Shown: positions 1-8,400 of the stretch, piece after piece | Layout: the number at the start of each line of letters is the position of its first letter | Position numbering within the stretch: position 1 is the first letter of the stretch | Assembly: GCA_902801375.1 (NCBI GenBank) | Contig: CADCIB010000012.1 | Span: 303-64,302, forward strand | From: an uncultured Prevotellaceae bacterium | Lineage (GTDB): Bacteria > Bacteroidota > Bacteroidia > Bacteroidales > Bacteroidaceae | Length of the DNA: 64,000 nt | Direction: 5' to 3' | Notes under the pieces: generated by a model | The model's input: only the letters and a program-made list of their open reading frames with translations | The model's database searches: none | What the model was told of the DNA's origin: nothing | Position numbers and translations under genes: made by a program

Positions 1-11
1 CTGGCACGGAG

Positions 12-59
12 TTTAAACTCGCTTAAACTATACTGCCACTCCTTTAAACTCAGTTAAAC
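12..59. repeat. Direct repeat TTTAAACTCnnTTAAAC x2 (12-28 and 43-59)
   Basis: Read directly: tttaaactcgcttaaac and tttaaactcagttaaac, 31 bp apart. They lie just downstream of the stop of the minus-strand TraB/GumN gene. Function unknown. Confidence 0.4.
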
Positions 60-75
60 ATTGACAGCATTAGTT

Positions 76-981
76 CTACTTGACCGGCTCGACCTTGTAA
101 CCTGCTTGGCGCAAGAGGTTCAGTACGCCTTTGTCGCCAAGCAGATGGCCAGCGCCAACGGCGAAGAGTGTCGGTTTCTGGGCCATGATGTCGGGCATCT
201 TCGTCAACCAATTGGCATTGCGATTGGAGAGGATGGCGGCCTCTTCCTCGGGCGTTGCGTCGCAATGGCTGTTCAGCTTCATGTCCATCGCCTTGCTGAT
301 GGCATCGAGGTCCTGGGCGAAGTAGGCATTGAAGATGCCGTCTTCCATCTTTTCCATGAAGTCGGCATTGTCCACCTGGCACATGAGTATCTCTTTCTGT
401 CGGTCGAGCGATTTTCCTTCGTAGAGCACTTCTATCTGGTGGGACATTGTCTCTAAGCCTCCCACACTTTTCCCCTTGGCAAGCGCCTCTTTCTGGAAGT
501 ATGAGTCGAGCAGGTTCATCATGTCAAGGGATTTGCTCTTTTTAGCGAACGACATCATTGTCAGTGCCGTGCTCAAGGCCATTGGAGTCATCGAGTTCAT
601 CTGCTGGGCGACCAGCGGATTGGTCATGTCCATGCCCATCACACTCTTCATGTAAACGTTCAGGCGTGCCATTTCGTCGGCAGTGAGCAGCTTGTCGAGC
701 GTCATGCCGTCGGGCAGCATCATGGCTCGCTGCATCATGGCCAGGCTGTCAGGATTCGCCATCTTGTCCATGGGCAGTTCGCCATACACCTGCTGGCAGG
801 AATCCATGGCCTGGCGGGCACCAGGAATGGAGTCTACAAACGATGCGGGTGCCAGGTGATAGGTTCCTACGATGTAAGAGGGCTCTGAGAGTCCTTTGCC
901 GCTGATTTTGTAGAGCAGTTGTGCCTGCAGCGAGACTGATGCCATGAGGAGCATCAGCGCAATCATTGTTTTCTTTTTCAT
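76..981 (-). CDS. TraB/GumN family protein, secreted
   Basis: ORF 76..1023. The best start is ATG 981, giving the signal peptide MKKKTMIALMLLMASVSLQAQ. N-terminal GTYHL and C-terminal FAVGAGHLLGDKGVLNLLRQAGYKVEP are the hallmark motif pair of TraB/GumN proteins. Confidence 0.8.
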   Translation of the reverse strand: MKKKTMIALMLLMASVSLQAQLLYKISGKGLSEPSYIVGTYHLAPASFVDSIPGARQAMDSCQQVYGELPMDKMANPDSLAMMQRAMMLPDGMTLDKLLTADEMARLNVYMKSVMGMDMTNPLVAQQMNSMTPMALSTALTMMSFAKKSKSLDMMNLLDSYFQKEALAKGKSVGGLETMSHQIEVLYEGKSLDRQKEILMCQVDNADFMEKMEDGIFNAYFAQDLDAISKAMDMKLNSHCDATPEEEAAILSNRNANWLTKMPDIMAQKPTLFAVGAGHLLGDKGVLNLLRQAGYKVEPVK

Positions 982-1071
982 TGTTGTCATGCTTTTAGGT
1001 CGTTTTCTGAACGTTAGACGCACAAAGGCTGCGAAAAACTACAGAATCTTTCAAAGAAATGCTTTTGGAGC

Positions 1072-1635
1072 TTATTGCAATTCTTGTACCCAATCCTCCA
1101 GGTCTTTCTTGGAAACCCTGTTCAGCAGTTTGCCCTCTTTCCAGTTGATGTCAGGGTAGGTGGCTTTCAAGTCTTCGCAGGCTTTCTCGATGGTGCTGCC
1201 GCCAGAAGTGGCAAAGGGGATGACGGTCTTGCCCTGGAAATCGTAGGCCTCCATGAAGGTGTTGATAATCGTGGGACAGGTGTACCACCAGATGGGGAAT
1301 CCCACAAACACCACTTCATAGTCGTCCATGTTCTCGAGCTTGCCCTTGATGGCGGGACGGGATTTCTTGTCCTTCATTTCCACCGATGAGCGGCTTTGCT
1401 TGTCCTGCCAGTCGAGATCGGCATCCGTGTATCGCTGCTCTGGCGTAATCTCATGCAGGTCGGCGTCTGCCACCTTTGCCAATTGCTGGGCCACGGCCTT
1501 TGTCGTACCCGTTGCAGAGAAATAGGCTACTAATACTTTCTTCATTTCTTTGTTCTCCTTTTGTTTGTTTGCTTGCGAGCAGGCACTCAAGCTCATGGCC
1601 AGGAGTGCTGCCATCATGATCATCATTTTTTTCAT
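1072..1635 (-). CDS. Flavodoxin-family protein with lipoprotein signal peptide
   Basis: Flavodoxin core: [21 protein letters not shown] ... [14 protein letters not shown] ... IPFATSGGS. The N-terminus [19 protein letters not shown] is a lipobox signal. An in-frame internal ATG at 1545 ([13 protein letters not shown]) would give a classical cytosolic flavodoxin. Confidence 0.8.
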   Translation of the reverse strand: MKKMMIMMAALLAMSLSACSQANKQKENKEMKKVLVAYFSATGTTKAVAQQLAKVADADLHEITPEQRYTDADLDWQDKQSRSSVEMKDKKSRPAIKGKLENMDDYEVVFVGFPIWWYTCPTIINTFMEAYDFQGKTVIPFATSGGSTIEKACEDLKATYPDINWKEGKLLNRVSKKDLEDWVQELQ

Positions 1636-1679
1636 ATTCGTTCTTTTTTGTTAGTTGTTTTCATGTGTACAGAATCCGC

Positions 1680-2231
1680 TCATAAGAGATGGAGGGCTAT
1701 GGCGGCGCAGGCTTCCGCATCGGCCAAGGCGTGGTGATGGCGCTGCAGGTTGTATCCACAGGCAGCGGCAACGGTTTGCAGTTGGTGGTTGGGCAGCGAA
1801 AGCCCGAACTGCCGGCGGGAAGCGGCGAGGGTGTCATAGAAACGGTAGTCTGGATAGTCCATCTGATAGACCCTGAACACCGCCTTCAGGCATCCTTCGT
1901 CGAAACGGGCGTTGTGGGCGACGAAAGGAATAGACGCGATCAAGTCTCTTCTGTTTTCAAACGCCAGTTGATCAGAGAGGAACACTTCTTCCAGACGCTC
2001 CTCCAGCAGTTGCCACACTTTTGGGAACACAGGCGCCTTGTCAGTATCCTGCTGGCTCAGCCCGTGTACCCGCTGGCAGAAATAGCTGTAGAAGTTGGGT
2101 TCCGGCTGAATGAGGCTGTAGTACGAATCGGCCACATGCCCATTGCGCACCATGACCACTCCCACAGAGCAGACGCTCGACGGCATCTGGTTGGCCGTCT
2201 CAAAGTCGATGGCGATGAAATTCCTAAGCAT
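1680..2231 (-). CDS. DEDDh 3'-5' exonuclease (DnaQ/epsilon-like)
   Basis: Exo I IAIDFETAN, Exo II VAHNARFDEGCL and Exo III HHALADAEACA motifs in a 183-aa single-domain protein. Confidence 0.85.
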   Translation of the reverse strand: MLRNFIAIDFETANQMPSSVCSVGVVMVRNGHVADSYYSLIQPEPNFYSYFCQRVHGLSQQDTDKAPVFPKVWQLLEERLEEVFLSDQLAFENRRDLIASIPFVAHNARFDEGCLKAVFRVYQMDYPDYRFYDTLAASRRQFGLSLPNHQLQTVAAACGYNLQRHHHALADAEACAAIALHLL

Positions 2232-2253
2232 TGCTTATTTTAAAACTGAAATG

Positions 2254-2261
2254 CAAATGTA
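2254..2261 (-). promoter_or_regulatory. Bacteroidota -7 promoter box (TAcaTTTG on minus strand)
   Basis: CAAATGTA on the plus strand, 23 nt upstream of the exonuclease start at 2231. It probably drives the exonuclease-flavodoxin-TraB operon. Confidence 0.5.
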
Positions 2262-2401
2262 GTAAGATTTGTTGGAATACTGCTGTTTTTGCACAAAATA
2301 TTAGGATTGTTTATGAGAAAAATGCCTAAGCAGTTGATTTCGGATGTGTTTGGCTTGTGCACATTTTTGTCATTATATTTGCAGGACTCAAGAATAACAT
2401 G

Positions 2402-2409
2402 TACCTTTG
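2402..2409 (+). promoter_or_regulatory. Bacteroidota -7 promoter box TAccTTTG
   Basis: 27 nt upstream of ATG 2436. A second TAtaTTTG lies about 30 nt further upstream. Confidence 0.5.
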
Positions 2410-2435
2410 CACAGAAATCTATAATATAATAATGT

Positions 2436-3077
2436 ATGCTGAAAACGGTATTGATGACCATGATGATGATGGCAATGGTTCCTGCAACAGCTCAGGAACA
2501 CAGACAGGGTGGGGGCCAGTCGGCTTCGCCCGAGGATGTCAATGTGACGACGGATGTCGTCGAAGAGAACGGATTTACAAGATTCGACGTAAGGGAGGAC
2601 TTTACGGAGAACGGTTTTCAATGGTTCCACGAAGCGGAACTGCTCGCTGCCGGCGACAGGGAGAAAAGCAATGCCATGACCATCGGGTGGGGCGGCATCG
2701 GCACGCTTTGGGGACGCACGGCTCTGACTGTCTATGTGGCAGAGAAACGCTACACCAAGGAGTTCATGGATGAAGCCGAATACTTCACCGTGATGGCTTT
2801 TGATGTAGAACAGAGCAAAATCCTGAACTACATGGGCACCAAGAGCGGACGTGATGGCGACAAGGCGCAAGCACTTGGACTTCATACCGCCTATACCGCC
2901 AATGGAACGCCCTACTACACGGAAGCCTCGATGGTGATAGAGTGTAAGATCATGTATGCTGCCCCGTTCGACCCTCAGTATTTCAAGAGCGATGCGCCCA
3001 AGAGAATGTATGCCAATTTCCCCGCGGGCGTACATACGATGTATATCGGCGAGGTGGTGAATGCTTGGAGGAAATGA
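2436..3077 (+). CDS. Flavin-reductase-like (FMN-binding split-barrel) protein with signal peptide
   Basis: The core NAMTIGWGGIGTLWGRTALTVYVAEKRYTKEFMDEAEYFTV resembles the flavin reductase domain family. The N-terminus MLKTVLMTMMMMAMVPATAQ looks like a cleavable signal peptide. Confidence 0.65.
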   Translation: MLKTVLMTMMMMAMVPATAQEHRQGGGQSASPEDVNVTTDVVEENGFTRFDVREDFTENGFQWFHEAELLAAGDREKSNAMTIGWGGIGTLWGRTALTVYVAEKRYTKEFMDEAEYFTVMAFDVEQSKILNYMGTKSGRDGDKAQALGLHTAYTANGTPYYTEASMVIECKIMYAAPFDPQYFKSDAPKRMYANFPAGVHTMYIGEVVNAWRK

Positions 3078-3079
3078 CT

Positions 3080-3595
3080 ATGAAAATAAAAGACATATAT
3101 CTTGCAGGAGGCTGCTTCTGGGGTACAGAACACTATTTCAAGCAGGTAGAGGGCGTGGTGGAGACTGAAGTGGGCTTTGCCAACGGCCATACGGAGAATC
3201 CCACTTACGAAGAAGTATATACCGACGAGACCGGCTATGCTGAAACCGTCCATGTGAAGTACAACCCTGAGGTGGTAAGCCTGCGGTTCTTGCTTCAGCT
3301 GTATTTCAAGGCCATCGACCCCGTCAGCCTGAACAAACAAGGCCACGACGAGGGCACGCGCTATCGTACTGGCATCTACTACACCGAAAGTGCTGACCTA
3401 CCGGTGGTGAACGAGGTGTTCGACGAAGTGCAACGCCACTACGACCAGCCGCTGGCTGTGGAGCGCCAGCCCTTGGAGCGCTTCTTTGCCGCCGACGAGT
3501 ATCACCAGGACTATCTCGAGAAGAATCCCACGGGCTACTGCCATCTGCCTCTGTCGCTCTTCCAGTTTGCCAAGGCGGCGAAAGAGAAGAAGTGA
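3080..3595 (+). CDS. msrA: Peptide-methionine (S)-S-oxide reductase
   Basis: Active-site GGCFWG motif in IYLAGGCFWGTEHYF, with full-length MsrA-like sequence. ORF 3065..3595; start placed at ATG 3080, just after the upstream stop at 3077. Confidence 0.9.
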   Translation: MKIKDIYLAGGCFWGTEHYFKQVEGVVETEVGFANGHTENPTYEEVYTDETGYAETVHVKYNPEVVSLRFLLQLYFKAIDPVSLNKQGHDEGTRYRTGIYYTESADLPVVNEVFDEVQRHYDQPLAVERQPLERFFAADEYHQDYLEKNPTGYCHLPLSLFQFAKAAKEKK

Positions 3596-3704
3596 CACTT
3601 TATTGCCACGTTGTTTTTTTGATAACGGATTATTCCTTATAGGACGCTCATTGCCTGATGAAAATGAATGATCAATATATGTTTGATTTATAGAACCGAG
3701 GCTG

Positions 3705-3792
3705 TTTTGCGCAAAATGTGAAATTCTGCGCATATCATTCGGCGGATTTGTGGCCGTTTTGGCGGGTTTTCGGAAGAAAATACGTAATTTTG
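3705..3792 (+). promoter_or_regulatory. Paired TTYTGCRCA operator plus -7 box of the AraC-type gene
   Basis: TTTTGCGCA at 3705 and TTCTGCGCA at 3724 are 19 bp apart. TAATTTTG at 3785 lies 61 bp downstream of the proximal repeat and 22 nt upstream of ATG 3814. The same geometry occurs at 5249-5335 and 32806-32893. Confidence 0.5.
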
Positions 3793-3813
3793 CGCATCAT
3801 AAAGAGAAAATCC

Positions 3814-4551
3814 ATGACGACACCCCATTTACTCATAGTGGCCATTATCGTTGCTTTCGTGATAGCTTTCGTCATCACGATGTTCGTGCTGAATGCTAGT
3901 GCGAAGAAGATTATCGACACGAACACAAAGTTGGTGGAAAACCAGAATATGCTGGTGGAACAAAACACGCGGCAAGGCCAAGAGATAGAGAAGCGGATGG
4001 AAGAACTGGAGCTGCAGAGCAGCAAGCTTGAGCTGCAGAAGAGCGAGCTGGATGAACAGAAAGGAATGATAGAGAAGCTGCAGAAACAACAGGAAGAGCT
4101 GGCCGAACAGTTGAAGCATGCCATTCCCGATGAAGTGATGCAGCTGAAACGGCAGATCCAGGGGCATCAAGAACACATTGAGCAAACTGCTGACATGACC
4201 GACGCGCAACTCATGGCATGGGTGGACTTGCAGATGGACGAGACGAAACTTTATACTGACACCAACTTGACACTGAAGACGATGGCGAGAGCGCTTGGAC
4301 TGACGCAGAAACGGCTTGCCGGGCTGTTCAAGGATCATCCTAAGTACAATAGTCTGGGTGAGTATATCAATGAGAAACGGTTCCTCTATGCTTGTCAGTT
4401 GCTGCGCGAGGAACCCAACTGGACCATCGAGGCTGTGGGGGCAGAGGCAGGCTTTGGCGGGCGTCGCACCTTCCAGACCGAGGTGAAGCGGCGGCTCGGC
4501 ATCACTCCTTCGCAGTATCGTCAGTCACAATCTTTGCAGAAAAAAGTCTAA
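3814..4551 (+). CDS. Membrane-anchored AraC-family transcriptional regulator (TM helix + coiled coil + HTH)
   Basis: ORF 3718..4551. ATG 3814 was chosen because the upstream part contains the promoter. TM helix LLIVAIIVAFVIAFVITMFVL; coiled coil ELELQSSKLELQKSELDEQKGMIEKLQKQQEELAEQL; C-terminal AraC HTH LTLKTMARALGLTQKRLAGLFK ... TIEAVGAEAGFGGRRTFQTEVKRRLGITPSQYR. Confidence 0.75.
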   Translation: MTTPHLLIVAIIVAFVIAFVITMFVLNASAKKIIDTNTKLVENQNMLVEQNTRQGQEIEKRMEELELQSSKLELQKSELDEQKGMIEKLQKQQEELAEQLKHAIPDEVMQLKRQIQGHQEHIEQTADMTDAQLMAWVDLQMDETKLYTDTNLTLKTMARALGLTQKRLAGLFKDHPKYNSLGEYINEKRFLYACQLLREEPNWTIEAVGAEAGFGGRRTFQTEVKRRLGITPSQYRQSQSLQKKV

Positions 4552-4558
4552 TCCCTCT

Positions 4559-5167
4559 TTATTTGACGAGGACTCTCCGTAGCACCCAGCCATAAACAGC
4601 AATGACGGCGATGGTGGAAATCTCCATCGGCAGGTCGGCCAGTCCTGAGGCTGGACCGATAAGCAGGAATGAGACAACGGGGATGATGCTGGAGATGAGG
4701 ATGTATAGCGCCATCCAAATGCCCACCTGGCGCAACCGCCCACGATAATTATAGGCGATGGCACTGCCGAAAGGCAGATAGACCAGCATCAGTGAAACGG
4801 CGATGGGCAACCCCACGCTTTCCATCAGGACAGGGAAAAGCAGTGGTATGAATCCTGCAATATTCAGGGCGATGACAATCCACCAACCAAGAGTCATGGG
4901 TCTGTAGAGGGGCTTCATTCCTCGCATCAGTCCCACGTACATCACCAGCGCGCCAAAGGTCTGGATGATGGCCGAAGCCAATGGGGCATGGTCTTCCATC
5001 CAATGCATGAGCGGTGTCCAGTTAATGACTGCTTGTAGGAGGAAGCAGAGAAAGGCTACCTCTATCAGCCAGCGGGGCAATCCGCTGGCAATATAATTAA
5101 TATGGTATTTGCTCTCGATGCTTTCTGCTTTTTCGATGACGGTTTTGTTAAGCTCTTTTGTTTCCAT
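4559..5167 (-). CDS. Hypothetical integral membrane protein (about 5 TM)
   Basis: ORF 4559..5233 with several hydrophobic helices and no recognised family. The start is ambiguous. ATG 5167 sits only 6 nt from a minus-strand -7 box (CAAAGGTA at 5173-5180), which would imply a leaderless mRNA. ATG 5233 is the alternative. Confidence 0.55.
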   Translation of the reverse strand: METKELNKTVIEKAESIESKYHINYIASGLPRWLIEVAFLCFLLQAVINWTPLMHWMEDHAPLASAIIQTFGALVMYVGLMRGMKPLYRPMTLGWWIVIALNIAGFIPLLFPVLMESVGLPIAVSLMLVYLPFGSAIAYNYRGRLRQVGIWMALYILISSIIPVVSFLLIGPASGLADLPMEISTIAVIAVYGWVLRRVLVK

Positions 5168-5248
5168 GGCTGCAAAGGTACTCTTTTTTTTCGGAATACT
5201 TTTAAGGCGGCCCTGTGAAAATGTGTCATTCAAAGTAAAATCTTGTTT

Positions 5249-5335
5249 TTTTGCGCAGAATGCGGTTTTCTGCGCAACAAGTCAGTCTGTTTTTCAGGCA
5301 TGACACCTTATTTAATTAGGAATTTAGTAATTTTG
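5249..5335 (+). promoter_or_regulatory. Paired TTYTGCRCA operator plus -7 box of the 5415 operon
   Basis: TTTTGCGCA at 5249 and TTCTGCGCA at 5268 are 19 bp apart. TAATTTTG at 5328 is 60 bp downstream of the proximal copy. GCGCAGAA-N7-TTCTGCGC (5253-5275) also forms an inverted repeat. Confidence 0.5.
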
Positions 5336-5414
5336 CAGGATAATTGAAAAAACTACAATAAGTAGTATCATCCTTTTACTTTGGCAAGATAACATTAACA
5401 ACACTTATAAATTT

Positions 5415-8400
5415 ATGAGAATTAAAATTCAGATGACACTCGCGTTGTGGCTGACGATAGCGGCCACGGGCGCATGGGCCGACGAATTGAATGTTCGTCA
5501 GAGCACCGAATCTGCTGACAGCATCGCCACCGAGGTGGAGCTGCGCGACGGATCGGTGATCAAGGCCAAGCGGTTGCCGAAACGAGCACCAACAACTGAT
5601 TATGTGTACAAATACAAGGGCGTGAAGTACACCTACATCACGGAGCACAACTACACCCGCTACTTCAACACCGCGGTCCACAAGCCGGGCGACTACGGCT
5701 GGAGTCTCGATGCCAACGGCTGGTATGTGAGTGCACCGAATACCTACGTCACAGCCGCCAGCATCGATGCCGACGACTTCCCGTCGAGCGGCGAGGTCTA
5801 TATCCTCAACGACCTCGTGGGCTTCTTCAAGGGCCATACCCATCTGGGCTGCATCGCCGACAACGCCTTCTGGGGCATGCCAGGCGTCAAGCGCATCTAT
5901 TTCCAGGATTGCGCGGCTGCGAGCTACTCCGCCAACAGTTTCTTCGATTTCTTCATTGGTGACAAGGCGTTTGCCAACTGCGAGAACCTGGAGGAGGTGA
6001 ACCTGATGCAGTGGACTACCAGCGGCACTAACCACTGGCAGGCACTGCCGCCGACGGCGGTGAAGCGCATCTGGGGCTCGATGCTCGACAATTCGCCCAA
6101 GGCTTGGATTCGCGTGGGTACGAGCGTCTATCAGCAGTACCTTGGCAGTCAGACGTGGGTGCAGGTGCGCAACCGCATCACCACCTTCGAGCACTCGTCA
6201 GACGACATCACGGTGGACGGCACCGTCTATAGCTTCCTGAAGAATGATGTGGGCAATGCCCTAAGCAATGCCGATGATGAGCATGAGGAGATCATGAAGA
6301 TGCTGCGCCTGTGGAATGCGGACTACCGTGAGTTCAACGCCGCCTCGTTGCTCTCGGACAAGAGCCGCACGATGGACAACGCCAACCTGTGGTACACCAC
6401 CGTGACGGGCGCCGATGCCGATTACCTGAAGAGCCACGACGGCGTACTGCGCATCTACAACGACCCAGGCTCGTACTATAACTATAAGACTATTGCCATC
6501 CGCAGAGGAGCTTTTGCGGGCTGTGACGACCTGAAGGCCGTGGAGTTCTGGCAGACCAACGGGCGCTCTGAGAATTCGTACAGCGACCCAAAGATGGTGA
6601 TTGAGAACGGTGCCTTCAAAAACTGCAAGAACCTGAAAGAGATACGTCTGTTCTACAAGGTGGAGGACGGCGACGACCGCTGGCAGGTGTTAGGTCCGAA
6701 GGATGTCATCCCGGCAGGAAACATATTCGGACTCCCCACCCCCGAAGAGTTGATTGCTATGAGTGAGGAGGAGCAGGATGCTGCCTGGACAATGAATGAG
6801 GATTTCCGCATTCTCGTATCTCCCGACCTCTACCCTGAATTTATTGCCGATCCCAACTGGGCAACGTATGCCGGCTACATTAAAGCTGCCGACTATATTC
6901 CGTCGGCCAAGGCTGACGTCGTCAAGGACCTACTGACTTACGGCTATGTAGCCAGTGAGGCGGGCACCCTCTCAACCGACCAGGTAGTGACGCAAGACTT
7001 CTCCCTCTGGAGCATACCTGTCATCATTGCCGAGGTGGCCATGATTGCCTATTCAGTCTATCATATCTACCAAGCGGTAAATACCGCTATCCTTGCTGCA
7101 AAAGAGGCGGCCACCAAGAATGTCGCTTTGACTACTTTGAAGACTCTTGGAGCACAGCTGGCTGATCATATAGATGATGTAACCGTTGATGAACTTGCTG
7201 GCCTTGCTGGAAAGAATCTCGCTGACTTAGGATTTAGTACTCAATTAATTGAGTTTTATAGTAGTTATGGGATTTGCAATGCTGAAGGCTTGGTGACATT
7301 AACAGCAGAACAGTTGCTTCATGAGATCCAAAATGATGTTACAATGAAACTTGTTCTTAATACATTGGGTCGTACTACTCAACGACTCTTTGCCGCTGGC
7401 GGGGAAGCGTCGTCAATTGCTGCATTGGCTCAAGGGATAGCTAATACATCATTTTCTTCCAGCGCGAAGAGCGTTCTCACTACAACTTCCCTCACCAGTG
7501 GTGTGCTGGGGGGTGGCATGGTGACTGCATCGGTGCTGAAAAATGCAGCCAACATCTATTCAATGAAGATAGGTATGCAGAACAACATCATCGCCAACAT
7601 GCACGCGGTGAGCACGCATGCCATGAACATGGTCATCATGACGCCGGACAAGAACCTCATCTACCACACCTACATCAAGAGTGCGCCTGATGATATCAAG
7701 GATGCCGTCATCTACACCGGTGTATCGAAGGTTACCCGCACCACGACGTGGCTGCCCACGGTGTTCCAGAACAAAAAGCAGCTGCGCAGGGTGCGTTTCC
7801 ACGACAACAGTGCCCGCACCAGCCACAACATGTCGGCCAACCTCATCTATATCCCCGACTCCGCTTTCGTGGGATGCGACGCTTTGGAAACCCTCGACCT
7901 GCGCATGCTGACCGACAAAAACGGCAGTCGCGCTATGGGCCCCGAGAACTTCGTGCTCTGTGGTAGTGACATTTTTGCTGGCCTCGACTCGCTGAATTTC
8001 AAGATTATCATTCCCAATGAACGCCGAGAAGATTTCGAAAACGACTTGTCGTGGGGACAATACAAGCGTTTCTTCCAATATGAAGACGTGGAAGAGAATA
8101 CCAATTTCACCGAGTTTGGCGTGAACTATGCCTTCACCTATCGGAACAGCAACCAGTACGTCGATAAACTCAGCGGACACACCATCGAGCACCTGCACGC
8201 CATAGGACCCGACGACAACTATATCAAGGAGAACAACGGTGCGCTGGGCTTCTTCAACGACATCGGCTCATACAATAACTACAAGCTCGACTATGCCCGC
8301 AAGAATGCCTTCCGCAAGAACCAGAATGTGAAGAGCGTTTCGTTCTGGGACGTGGCCGGCTGGCTATGGACGGGCGACGCCTACACCGACCTGCAGATGG

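Noticed and set aside
3718-3813. N-terminal extension of the AraC-type ORF (GTG start at 3718). Similar extensions occur at 13136..13282, 17103..17135, 28063..28083, 38033..38065 and 48372..48398.
   Set aside because: The extensions use non-ATG starts, overlap promoter boxes or the upstream gene or pseudogene, and precede an ATG that yields a proper signal peptide, lipobox or conserved N-terminus.
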